A DNA stretch of 51,855 nucleotides, filler included, from Dimargaris cristalligena (lineage: Eukaryota), in NCBI GenBank assembly GCA_003614675.1. It is 2 parts of 2 records of this genome, joined end to end, with 100 filler letters (N's around TTAATTAATTAA, not from the genome) between each part and the next. Parts side by side here need not be neighbours in the genome. Positions count along the whole stretch, not along the records: positions 1 to 25,895 come from ML002552.1; 1 more part is not named here. The stretch is one strand, 5' to 3'. Shown piece by piece: positions 1-11,253 of the stretch. A program made the translations under genes and the position numbers. Within the stretch, counting starts at the first letter, position 1, and each line of letters begins with the position of its first letter. Under the pieces are notes generated by a model. It saw only the letters and a list, made by a program, of their open reading frames with translations. It was not told where the DNA came from and made no database searches.

Positions 1-1644
1 GGAGCGCTTGGCGATAAAGAAGGTATCGTCTACCCCGCTGGTGATTTGGTCGTTGCTATTGAGCTCCACGGTGCTTAGGGCCATGTGAATAGAGTAGCGC
101 AGCACGAACGTTTCCATGCTAATGAAGGCGCTGGACAACGTATCGACCCAGGTGGGCACTGGGCTATTTTTAATCAGGCCGGCGTCCGTAAAAGTAAGCC
201 GGGGATCGTCATTGAGGAAGACCTGGTGAATGGAACTGGTTTCCTTGAGGGTTTGGGTTTCGGGCTCGGCCCGGGATTCCAGAAACCGCTGGTATAGGCC
301 GAGGCGCTGGATAATCACCGCTAGTTGGTCCAGGACTCCGTTGAGTTGTTTGATATCGGCGGGTGGGATAGGGGTGGGGTCGTTTACCCCTGCGGTCAAT
401 GAAGTTGAGTCGTCCAGCCAGTTCTGTTGGGCGAGCCGTTTGCCCAGGGAATTGATGGACGACGCCAGTGGGTTGGTGGCCCCCGCCCCGGCAACTCCGC
501 CGGATACCGGCAGACCCATCATCCCCGTAGCTGACTGTTCGTGGGGGGCCTGGCGATCGTATTCTTTAATGTCCGCTAATTTACGGTCAAGGGCATGGTC
601 CTCCTTGAATGAGTCGAGGATTTGGGCTACTCGTCGATCGGTATCCCGCTGGAGAAACTGAATTACCCGAATCATTTTACCTGGACCGTAGTGGGTTTCC
701 ACCACGGGGAAGTGGTTGTCAATAATGCGGGCCACCGTCTCGAACAAAACCGTCAAACGTTGCACGGCCCGGGCGGTGGATGGGGCCGGGGGGTTGGTAG
801 CGTTGGGGGAGCCTGGCCGAATGAGTTGTTGGCCCATGGTATCGCAAAGGAACTGGGAGTACCGGTCCAGCCCCAGGTTCTCCTGCTTCAGAAGGGGGAA
901 TAATTTAAAACATTGGCTGATGGTTCGGGTTTGGTGGTCAGCGACGGCTTGGTCGAATTGGGCAGTGACTCGGCGGACTAGCTGGCGTCGTACGCGTTCA
1001 AACAACTCTCGAACAGTAGCCGGTGGGTCACGGGTATTGGACCCGCCGTCCCCACTCCCACTTTTAGTTTTGTCGGTATTCTCATCATCGTCCCCGTCCC
1101 ACCAACACCACCCCAGCCGGCTTTTGGAATCAGCGTTCGTCGCCGGTGAACCGTCCGTCTCCGGTGGACTAGTCAGGTGCGACCCTGGCCAGATGAATCC
1201 CGTCAAGTCCGACTCTAACAAATCGGGGGTCACAGTTAAATAGCGATGGACCAACGCCGCCGCCTGATCGAGGGCATTATGATGTTGCAACGCCCGACGC
1301 AAATCGGTGATGGCCTGGTCCAGTTCCAAAGTCCGTTCGACCTGTTCCCGGGCCCGGGTGATGTGTACTTTTTCCTGGTCCAGCATTTCCACCCGGTTCT
1401 GGATACCCGCGGCTAAGCGGGCCGAGGTGGGTAACTCGTGGCGCACGAGCTGTAAATGGGACGTTTCAAGTCGGTCGAGGTCCCGCACTTGGTTGCTGAG
1501 CTGGGCGAGCCATTGGGGGTGCTGCTCTTCGACTTGGATAAGGAGGTCATCGAGTTCGTCAATAACGGCCGTTTCGTCGAATTCCAATAGTTGTAGAGCG
1601 GACTGGACCTCCTCAAACGTGCGGATGGCGTTCAGGTCTAGCAT
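1..1644 (-). CDS. COG4: Conserved oligomeric Golgi complex subunit 4 (3' end runs off the window)
   Basis: Minus-strand frame from ATG at 1644, absent from the ORF track because it apparently has no stop inside the window. Manual translation: MLDLNAIRTFEEVQSALQLLEFDE...LAAGIQNRVEMLDQEKVHITRAREQVERTLELDQAITDLRRAL...DQAAALVHRYL...FDQAVADHQTRTISQCFKLFPLLKQENLGLDRYSQFLC, matching COG4 N-terminal motifs (AAxxxHRYL; FKLFPL...GLDxYxxFxC). Confidence 0.85.
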   Translation of the reverse strand, partial: MLDLNAIRTFEEVQSALQLLEFDETAVIDELDDLLIQVEEQHPQWLAQLSNQVRDLDRLETSHLQLVRHELPTSARLAAGIQNRVEMLDQEKVHITRAREQVERTLELDQAITDLRRALQHHNALDQAAALVHRYLTVTPDLLESDLTGFIWPGSHLTSPPETDGSPATNADSKSRLGWCWWDGDDDENTDKTKSGSGDGGSNTRDPPATVRELFERVRRQLVRRVTAQFDQAVADHQTRTISQCFKLFPLLKQENLGLDRYSQFLCDTMGQQLIRPGSPNATNPPAPSTARAVQRLTVLFETVARIIDNHFPVVETHYGPGKMIRVIQFLQRDTDRRVAQILDSFKEDHALDRKLADIKEYDRQAPHEQSATGMMGLPVSGGVAGAGATNPLASSINSLGKRLAQQNWLDDSTSLTAGVNDPTPIPPADIKQLNGVLDQLAVIIQRLGLYQRFLESRAEPETQTLKETSSIHQVFLNDDPRLTFTDAGLIKNSPVPTWVDTLSSAFISMETFVLRYSIHMALSTVELNSNDQITSGVDDTFFIAKRS

Positions 1645-2108
1645 GGAGTGCGAGAATAGGGCTAATCCCGGAAATAAACAATGAATAAAAAGGGACGTGT
1701 CGGAATGTGGACCGGGCTCTTCGAGTTATGGAAAGAAAGGGATGACTATCAACGGGGGGTGAGGCCATCTACATGCAAGAGATAAATGAGTCCGAACGAC
1801 TGAACGACTGAACACGAGGCTTAAGCATGTGGACCTTTTCCTGGCTGCTAATGCTGCGGGTTAGGCCTGCATAAACATTGAATCCCTGAACCAGAGGGGC
1901 CAGTGCTGTAGAGCCTTTGGGTCAAAACTAATCAGAGACCATGGAATATACCCCAGCCATTGCTTCCCTCATCCTTTTTCCCCTATACATTATCCATTTT
2001 AATTGAATTGGGTTGCTCGCTTACTTTATCCATTAGCCGTTCACATTGTCCTGCTGGTCACTCCTTATCTTAGCCCCATTCCTTTAAAAAGTCACTATTA
2101 AAGCAGCC

Positions 2109-3339
2109 ATGGCGCCATCCCTCCTGCAAACCTGGTCCATCTCGGCCCCCAACGCGTCTCACCAGTACGTTACCGAGTCTATGTTACAATTGGATCAGCC
2201 GATGTTCTTTACACTACCCCCGCTAACCCTGCCCTGACCACAATTGGCTGAAATGGGAGTGGACAGGGCTTACTTAAACATAAAGACCCTATGAGTCCAG
2301 GTCGTTTCTACCGCGTTCCCTACTATTTGTATGTCGTTTAACCCAGTTAATATCTCATATATTATTCTATCTTATAACGCCAGAAACCGAGTGACCAAGA
2401 CCAGCAAGAACCTGGATCCTCCGGGGTTCTCCCTTCAACAGGCCACTCCCGTTCAGGGCTCCAATTCTACCCGGCTGTCGAGTCTCGATCGTAACAAGGC
2501 CAGTGCCGACACTACCCTCCGTTTGAAGAAGGCCTGGGACCAGTCGCTCGCCCCCGCCAAATCGCTCCCTATGAATTTGTTCATGATGTGGATGAGCGGT
2601 AATTCCGTCCAGATTTTCAACTTGGTGATTACAGTTATGATGTTCTTCCAACCCGTCAAGGCATTGATGGGCGTCCAGTCAGGTAAGCCAAAAATCATCG
2701 TATTTTATTCTTCGGAAACTATACATTGCGATAGTTGGTCCCAAGTCGATGGCCGGGGCAGCAGTTAGTTACAAACGAATGTTTGCCGGATGATTTGCCG
2801 ATGGTCCCGCATGGTTTACCAAATAAGCCTAGTGGGTAATTTATTGGCTCTTAATCACTCACTGCATATACTAATGCCACAATTCCCTTAATACTGTCAT
2901 TTAATTATTCGCACTGAATACCATAGTATTTGAACGGTTCGAATCGCCCGAAAAATCCGCCAGCCGCAAGGATATTAGTCTACTACTTCCCAAGATTGTT
3001 TTCTGCCTAATCAACATATTATCCATAGGTTTAGGTCTTTGGAAGTGTTCCAAGATGGGTCTGTTGCCTACCACAACGTCTGACTGGCTGGCCTTTGAGC
3101 ATCCCCGCAAGGTAAGTAAATGTTATTTCTTAATGGTTGGGTATATTTACTAGGCAAAGGGCAATCGAAATTGGTTCCAACAAACCCCGTTTTGTGAGAG
3201 TTCCGTGAACTGCCTCAATTAATCCAATACGTAATGGCTGAGTTATTTATTCCTATCTGTATGTATATACCCTACTGACTCCTCTCATTATCTTATAATA
3301 CTCGACACCGTTTAGATGCTGGAAACCGCTCTATTTTAA
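2109..3339 (+). CDS. EMC4: ER membrane protein complex subunit 4; 4 exons (2109-2164, 2384-2682, 2927-3111, 3316-3339), about 187 aa
   Basis: GT-AG introns join in phase. Protein has DPPGF, LKKAWDQSLAPAKSLPMNLFMMWMSGNSVQIF and GLWKCSKMGLLPTTTSDWLAF, which are hallmark EMC4/TMEM85 motifs. Confidence 0.95.
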
Positions 3340-3590
3340 GAAGGGATTCAGCTTTGATTATAAATACAATGCGACCAAGATGGACTTTCTAGCGATGACT
3401 CCGAACCGCACTGCTATGTAATCTTTTTTTCATGTTCTATTATTGTGTCAATAAAGGAGCGGACTATGATTTGCCATGTAGCCTAGTGTTAATTGAACCC
3501 AATTTCAGCGTTCACAATGAGTTTATTTAGGGGCATCAAGGTAGCATATCCACCAAGATGGGGTTAAAAGTAAGGTTTTTGGTATTTGGA

Positions 3591-5795
3591 CTAGTCCATA
3601 AAGGAGCCCGACGAAATCGAAAAGGTATCGTCGTCGACCGGCTTAGAACCTGGGGTCGGGATAATATTATGGGTGACCCCATCGTCCCTCATGCGCATTT
3701 CAACGAATTTGGCCAACTCTCTATGGACCCACGACATGGGGTGGACGGTATCGAAAAAGAAACGATTCTCGGGATCGCTGCACAGTTTCAGGGTACCCCC
3801 CATTTGGCCATCGGGAGACTCGTTCTTATCACTGCTAACCAAACACGGGCCGTTCTTGACCCGGGCGTCCTGGGTCATACTCTCGTACTTGGCGTTGATA
3901 TCCACATAAGTGAGACGGAAGAACGGATCCCCGTTGAGCCGCTTCTGCGTCTGTTCCTCGCGCACCAGCGTAACCCACATTTGGACATTATCATTATACT
4001 TGCCAATGGCGTTGGTCACTAAACTGGTCAGGCCGTTGAACCCTGCGTTAATGGTCAGGTTGGCCAGAACTTTGCCCAAGAAATCACCCGATTTCTGGAT
4101 CATGGGCTTCACAATGGCCCACATGCGGTTGGCTGCCTTGGTGCTCTCGGTTTCACTGAGAGCGGACGAACTCATTTGACTGTCCGTGCGGGTGAGACGG
4201 TGGGCGGCGAGGAGGGGAGTGGTTTCATCATCGTCTTGACCCAGATTAATGGTTTCCTTCGCTGGCTCCGCCTCCTTCATTTTAGGAATGTTATCGCCGG
4301 CACGGGCACTGGCGTCATTGAGAGTGTAGTCACTGTCATCAACGTCGTCGTTGTTGTCGTCGTCACCATTGGCCTTATTAGATTCGCCGAAACTTACTCC
4401 GCTATCGACTCTAATCCGGCGGGCTGGGGCTGAGGCCTGGACCTGGGCCGGAACTGGGGCCGCGACTGCGACCGCGACTGTGGCGGGGGCTGGGACTAGG
4501 GCGGGGACAGGGGCTGGGATGGGGACAGGGACTGAGCTTAGGTATTGGGGAGGAGGGTTCGACAACTTTTTGTGCACCTTTTGTTTGAACAACGCCTTAC
4601 GAATGGACATGGCAGGTAGGTGCTTAAACTGCGGGATACCCAACACCACGATGTTATCGCAACCGGCCTTGGCCAGCATCTCCACCATCACTTGCAAGTT
4701 CTGGAGAGTTTGGCGGAGGATATTACCGAAGTTCAACGGGTTTTCCCCCTCGCGCTTAGCCGAATGCAGCAGGTCGTTACTGCCGATCCACAGGATAGCA
4801 ATAGCCTTTTGGATCTCGGACCGGGGGGTGCTGGCGATGAAATGGTTAACCTGGTCAACGGTGTTGCGGGACTCCCGAATTTGCCCGCGGACCTTGTTGC
4901 GACTCGCGGCTCCCATCCGACCCGACGTGGCACCACCCCAGGCGTAAGACTCAATGCGCATATTAGGCATATCTTCCCGCAGCGTATCCACCCAGTTGGG
5001 CCCATTAGTGAAGCGGCCGTAGACCGGGATGGCCCCGGGGACCTTGGGGCTTGTGTAATATGCCTTGTTGGGCCAGAATTTATCAGATTCGTAGTAATGC
5101 CGACCCGTATCGGAGAGACTATCCCCGAACACCACAATATGGTCGTACGTGACTTTGGGATCGTAAATGGGCGGCAAAGGCTTATCCTGGGACGAGGGAG
5201 CCACCAAGGTGCTCGCATACGCGCTGCTCATACTGCGATTGCTGACTTTGCCCAGCAGCGTACGGACCGAGGATTGGTGACTCAGCGGGGGCGTGGTTAG
5301 AGGGGTGGTCGGGGGGGTTTTCTTCTTGGTGAAGGAAAAACGGGGTCGCTTGATGGGTTTGATTTCCCTTTCTTCGTCGTCGCTTGAACGAATAGAAGAC
5401 GTGTCGGATTCCATGTCCGAGCGTGGCCGTTTCTTCCCTAAAATGCTCTTGAACTGCTGACCGGCACTATCCACGAGCTTCTTAAAACCGGAAGAAGCCG
5501 AAGAAGTAGATGAAAAAGCAGACGAAGCGCGCCTCTTATCTGATTGGGAATCCCGACTAGTGGTCGAGGAAGCAACTGACTGGGAGGGGCCTCCTAAGTT
5601 AGTCATATAGGTGTTGGCTTGGTTCCTTCCGCGCTTGTTTTGGATAGTATCATATTCACTATTACTGTATGGCATATGACTTGAGCCTGGGGCCGCCAAG
5701 ACATGGGGGTTATTCGCCTCCCGGCTCAGTACCGAGGGGCAGGTGGCATAAAGGGCCAGGAAAACGAAAGAGTAAAACCTACAGTTAGAAGCCAT
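3591..5795 (-). CDS. Secreted GDSL/SGNH-family lipase/acylhydrolase with long low-complexity N-terminal extension and internal insertion (734 aa, intronless)
   Basis: N-terminal hydrophobic signal-like segment (FYSFVFLALYATCPSVLS). SGNH blocks: IVVFGDSLSDTG, GRFTNGPNWVD, SYAWGGAT, LWIGSNDL, and catalytic FFDTVHP (DxxH). Confidence 0.9.
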   Translation of the reverse strand: MASNCRFYSFVFLALYATCPSVLSREANNPHVLAAPGSSHMPYSNSEYDTIQNKRGRNQANTYMTNLGGPSQSVASSTTSRDSQSDKRRASSAFSSTSSASSGFKKLVDSAGQQFKSILGKKRPRSDMESDTSSIRSSDDEEREIKPIKRPRFSFTKKKTPPTTPLTTPPLSHQSSVRTLLGKVSNRSMSSAYASTLVAPSSQDKPLPPIYDPKVTYDHIVVFGDSLSDTGRHYYESDKFWPNKAYYTSPKVPGAIPVYGRFTNGPNWVDTLREDMPNMRIESYAWGGATSGRMGAASRNKVRGQIRESRNTVDQVNHFIASTPRSEIQKAIAILWIGSNDLLHSAKREGENPLNFGNILRQTLQNLQVMVEMLAKAGCDNIVVLGIPQFKHLPAMSIRKALFKQKVHKKLSNPPPQYLSSVPVPIPAPVPALVPAPATVAVAVAAPVPAQVQASAPARRIRVDSGVSFGESNKANGDDDNNDDVDDSDYTLNDASARAGDNIPKMKEAEPAKETINLGQDDDETTPLLAAHRLTRTDSQMSSSALSETESTKAANRMWAIVKPMIQKSGDFLGKVLANLTINAGFNGLTSLVTNAIGKYNDNVQMWVTLVREEQTQKRLNGDPFFRLTYVDINAKYESMTQDARVKNGPCLVSSDKNESPDGQMGGTLKLCSDPENRFFFDTVHPMSWVHRELAKFVEMRMRDDGVTHNIIPTPGSKPVDDDTFSISSGSFMD

Positions 5796-8680
5796 AGTGT
5801 GGGCCTTTTGAGTTGGAACGAAATGATAAAGGGAAGAGATGGGTAATAAATAGCACGTGCTTCGTATCTAATAAAGAAACGAAAAGACAGCAATACCCAT
5901 GAGGTCGGTTGGAATTGGAGCGAGAACCAGTCGACTAGATCCGATATAAGACGCGCGTGCTGGAGGTGATTAAAAATAGTATACCCAATCAATAGGTAGT
6001 GAAAATGCGATATCAAATATCTTCCTTCACAGTTATCGTAAGAAAGGTAAGCCGAAAATAATAATAATAATGAAAAAATAGGATGAACTGGTGTGCGCTA
6101 GAAACTAATGCAAATAAAAACGAGCAGTTCGTTAAGTAAATTTTAAGAAACTTGGATAAAGATGCAGGGACCCGTCAAGAGCAAACTAAAATGATAAAAT
6201 TAAAGTCTTTAAAAAAAATGGCATTAAAATGTAGAGGAATTATTAGACGGTCCAAAGGGTGCATTGGGAAATCATTTGTTTATATATATATCAGCTAAAT
6301 ATATATGGTCCTGGAGGGGGCGTTGGGGGTATAATCCACAATACACATGCACTAGACGGTAGAGGGAAGGGAAATGGAAAGAGTGGGGGGGGGAGATTTG
6401 ACCGGCTATTGCCCCGTGCTTGATGGGGGCCATTGCCATTATACAGCCCTAATCGCGTCGATTGGCTGTCTTGTTCCGTAGCTGTAGCACAAGGTACCAC
6501 GGTAGACTAAATACGGCTGCCGGGTTGCTTCACGGTAATATGAATAGGAAAGACGGAAAGGAAACACGAAGTTGATACAGGGCGAATAAGGGTTCTGATA
6601 AGTGAAAGAGGGGAGCTACCCTCACCTAGACCAACGGGCATACTCCACCCATAATTGGCGCGATAATACCTTGTTTCTATTTTTTTAAATATATATATAT
6701 ATCAAGTACAGGCCAGGTCAATGAGACATGGCATTATTGAGTTAGGAGAAATCACGGACCGAAGCTCTAGACGAGAAACGGTCGTATTGAACCGATCCCC
6801 CTCCATAAGCCGATGCCACTGTTCCCCATACTATAATATACCACTACTAAACCAAAGATGGAATCGCCGTGTTGTATACTTTATCGGTTGCTATTCTCTG
6901 TCCGCCGCTATTTCGTCACCGGTGCCTGGTGTGTAACTTGGCGTCAGTGTAGGTCTGGAAGAACACCTGCACCGGCTGGGAAGTGACACGGGGAGGATAT
7001 TAGATACACCGGTTGCTGGCCCTTTCACAATAGGGGGGAGAGTGGCTTTTTGCTGTGCCATTTGGTAACTTTGGGGTACTATAGCAAAGACCCAATCATT
7101 TATATTTTAAAAAATATATATTCCGATACCGATGATCTTATCCCCGCTTGAGGAAAATTCGGTATATTTATTTATAAAACATGGGGTTACATAGTCCAGC
7201 GTGGTGGATCAGCCACAGGTCTCGTTGTGCATTACTGGGTTTATCCGCACCAGCCGAAAATAGGGGGTGACTCCATAGCTTTATTGTCTCTAGTCCTCCA
7301 CCGGCTTCGGGGCTTTTGTGATTTATACTGAGTCATTATGCGGTACGAAAGTAATTCATCTATAGCTGCAACTCGATTTGTGAGAATTACGGTCCATTTT
7401 TCACTGGATATTCCTGAGACTGTGGCTTTTTATTAGTGAGGGAAACTCCTTCTAATGAATAAATGGCGAAAGATCGGGCACATTAACTTGGACCACTTCG
7501 TAACCCCTAACTGCTAAACTATTAAATAGGCTGTCTGAACAGCTGCCTATCGTGCAGATTGAGTGAGGGACTGCGTTCCTACTTACATTATGTCTACCCT
7601 GTAACCCGCCAAAACATTATTGCAGCATCAGCCTCAAAGCCACCGGTATGGAGTATACTGTGGCGCTGAAAATGAACCGAAGGGCATTTTGCGTGCCTTT
7701 GGGCCGAGTGTCACACCAAAAATGTTACCAAAAAAAAAGGAGAGAGAAATCGGATGGAGGGGTAATTCTTAGAGTAAATAGCAAGCGGGGCGGCTAAAAT
7801 TATAAGCAAAGATAATAAATCGCACGAGACATGCATTAAGCCGCGCCCTATCCCACCCTCCACTTCCCAATTGTGGCGGGATAACCCACCATGCTGGTTT
7901 GGGCCTACGGAAACCATTTCTGGACCATCCCTCTCTTAAATATAGGCCAAGGCTGTGTAGCCACGATAGGTAGGACAGCTGGGAATTGACGGCCATTAAT
8001 AACAAGAAGAGGCCGATAGTGTGTGGGGAAGAGGAGAGAGAGAGAATTCGCTAAACAAGGGGGGGAGGTACTTCCAGACTCCAGGCTTCCATGTTTCACC
8101 TTCACTCCCTAAATGTCCACGGATTGGGCTGAGAATGGGAAAACGGCCGGACCAACCAGTTAAATGTATTTAGGTGTGACTGGTCCGCTGAGTTTTCGGT
8201 GTAAGCCAAGGAAGGGTATTCTTTACCCAGTGTACCGTCGAACTGCACTCCATCCATTTTTGACCTCCAGGCCAAAAGGCTGTAGGGCCACTCTATCGGC
8301 CGAAATAATGGAAGGAGAACAAGGACAATAGAATGGTTTATGCATACGGTTGAAAATCAATGAACATAACTTGGAAATTAAACATGAGTAGAAACAATGG
8401 GGTCAAGTCAATAAATCAAACACACTATCAAATACATTGCTACTCCATCACTAACACTTTGCCAATAGACATTAGTAATGAGTCAGTATACCACGCGTAC
8501 AAATCATCAATACCAATTATCATAACCACCTCACTCCCCGTCAATCGGCAAAATTAATTTTCTGACAGCGACCAAAAAATATATAATGTCAAGGAAAATG
8601 GAGGGGCAGCACATCACAGCTACCAACCAAGTCCACATACCAGATCAAATTACGGCAAACATCATCCCCTCCGCATAGTA

Positions 8681-11253
8681 CTATAGGCGTCTGAAAAACG
8701 ATTTGGAGCGGGTCAAGTCAGTATGCTTAGTATCAAGCTTGGGCAGCTCGACGTCTTCACCCAAACTCAGCAGGGGTTTAGGACCCATCGGACGGGAGGC
8801 AGACGAAGGTGGGGTAGGTCGGTACATATTACCCAATGGCTTCTCGTCCTCATCATCGTCACTCCCGTCCTCACTATCCCGGCCGCGTCCATGGGGGTGG
8901 TGCGAACGGTATTGGGAGCCGTTACCTGAAGGTAGGTTGGCATTAGCGCGGGCCGCAGCGGCCCCGGCTAGCAGGGAGTTGGGGGCGAAGAGGGGTCCGT
9001 TGCTGGCCTTGGGATTACCCTTGAAGTGAGGGGTAGGGAACGAGGTGGTGGGAACCAGACCACCCCCTGATGGACTGGGGGCCTGGGTCGGGGGGTCTCG
9101 TCGGGTAATGGTAATAAAGGGCTTGGCGGGCATGGGTTGGCCGTGGGTGTGGTTGGCCCGACTATCGATGGGCCGTTCTTTAGTGGTGCGACTCCGCGTC
9201 AACCGGCCACTTCCCATGGGCGATGCTTCCATCAGTCCCACATCCGGGGGGGTGCGCGGGGCCGAAGCACGGGGCGAGGCGGACTGAGATTTGGCTCGGG
9301 TGAGTAATGACCCGGGTTTAAAAATGGCCTGGTCGATCCGGTCCTGGTTGGCTGGGTCGTCCAGGGCTAAGCTGGGGGCCCGAACCGAACCCGACGGTTG
9401 TGAGTACTGTTGATGCTGGTGGGGATGTGGTTGTTGGTGTAGTTGTTGCAGCTGTTGATGTTGAAAGTATGGCTGGTGGGGTGGCGGGTTGTTTCTAGGA
9501 CTGTCTCCGACTACCTGGCCATTCCGATCGGTCGTGCCCACGGATCGTGAACTGGAGAGCTCCAAAGACTGGAATTTAGAATTGAAGCTCAGCAGGGGGC
9601 CGTCCGACTTGGTGGGGGTGGGTTCCGGTTCCGGGCGATGTTCACTACTCTGGCTGGCCTTTTTGGCCAGAAGGGAGCCGGCCAGAAAGGCCTCGTCGTC
9701 ATCAAGTTGGGACGGCAGGGTCTTTAGACTATTCGGGTCAATTTTACCGACCTGCTCTATCCGGATTTCCTTGTGGGTTTCGGCAATCTTTTGGAAATTA
9801 TAGCTGAGGAGTGAGCCGGGCTTAAATCCCTCCTCATTAAAATTCGAATGGGGGCCCGGTGGTTTACGGGGCTTGGACGGACTGCCCCCCCCTTCGGGAG
9901 AGCCATCCGGCTCCCCATCCCCGCGGGATTTATTGGGGCTGTAGCGACTCCCTGATCGGCGGATGCTGTGGGAGCCTCCCCCCACCTGCAGACCAAGCAC
10001 GGCTCGATTCACATCGGCGGTCGTGAGTTTCTCCTGGTGGGCGTCATCCATGGCCGAATTGGTGGGTGTTGGCGGGTCAGGCTTGGCGGTGGACCAACCG
10101 GAAGGGGTTTCCGAAGGCCGGATCTGACCACTGGAGAGCTGTTCGAAAAAGGTGGGAGCGGGTCGTTTGGTCGACGGCTTGCGAGTAGTAGTAGTAGTAG
10201 TAGTAGTAGCAGCTGTTGTGGTTGCGCTCTTGGCGGCGGGTTCGGGGGTGGATGGTTTGGAGCTGGGGGCCTCGACCAGGGGTTTGGGACGAAGCAGGTC
10301 CTGGTCGGCTTCATCCAGAGCATTAAACGTAAGGTAGTGTTTGGTGTACCGTAGGGCCGTCATCCAGGTGGTGAGGGACTCGAGATCGGGGGCGCAAATA
10401 AAACGAACGTAATCATGTTCGGGGTTTTCGAACAGAGTAATCGAGGACTCGTTTTTAAGGGCCAAGACGTATTTAGTAGGGGCTTTCTTCTGGGGACGCG
10501 AGAGGGCGTACACCTGCATGATGTCCAGTGACGTGTAGGGTACTTCGACTTTTTTCTATTTTAAGAACGGGAGGTGGATCAATGTAGGTCAAAATGGTAT
10601 TATTAGCCCACGAGATCGTGTGTAGATTGACGCCCCATAATGGCCAAATTGTTATTGGGCCCAAAAAATTGGGCGATGGTAATATTGTGGACAACTGGAC
10701 GGGTCCTCGGGGGGGGGGGGGGTTGATAGTTCAGACGAAGGGGGGAGGAGGCGGCATAATTAAAAATTCTTACCTTGCTGTCCTTGTAGTAAAAGAGGTT
10801 GCCGTTACTGAGATAAAAGTGGGCCTTGTGGAACTTATTCTTCTTCAGCTGTACGTGGAGTATGCCGTCGTGAACGGGTGGGGCGGCCGGCAGTCCCTGG
10901 GCCAGGGTCAATTGGTGGCGCAGGGCATAGTAACGGGCCACGATGGAGTTATTGGGGTTAGTCTCCCAGCTGGAGATGACGTTGGTGATTTTGACCCAGT
11001 CCAGCAAGGGACGTTCCACGCCAAAGTCGTTATTGAGTTCAAAGAGGGCCCAGTGGCCCACTTCGGCATCCGGCTCACCGGCGGTGGAGGGAGGGAGGGG
11101 CTCAGCGGGTTCGCCTAGGATGCCACGGTCGACCATGTCGGTCAGAATGGAGCGAACGGTGCTGTCTGGCTTACAGACGACACTGTGGTAGCGACGGGCA
11201 TCCTCGACGAAAATGCGAATGGAAACAGAGGTAATGCGGTCACCGGCCGCCAT
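8681..11253 (-). CDS. Ras-association (ubiquitin-like) + PH domain adaptor protein with long disordered tail; 2 exons (11253-10774, 10555-8681), about 784 aa
   Basis: Exon 1: SIRIFVEDARRYHSV...WALFELNNDFGVERPLLDW (RA-like) then GILHVQLKKNKFHKAHFYLSNGNLFYYKDSK (PH start). A phase-0 GTAAGA...AATAG intron (10773-10556) joins to KKVEVP...FICAPDLESLTTWMTALRYTK (PH C-terminal helix with conserved Trp). Confidence 0.8.
10184..10209. repeat. (AGT)n trinucleotide repeat encoding poly-Thr in the RA-PH gene
   Basis: agtagtagtagtagtagtagtagtag seen directly; reads as a poly-Thr run on the minus strand. Confidence 0.9.

Noticed and set aside
85..1684. Several plus-strand ORFs in the ORF track
   Set aside because: Shadow ORFs of the minus-strand COG4 frame.
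6947..6972. Hairpin GTGTAGGT...ACCTGCAC in intergenic DNA
   Set aside because: Single short stem with no tRNA or known ncRNA features; consistent with chance.
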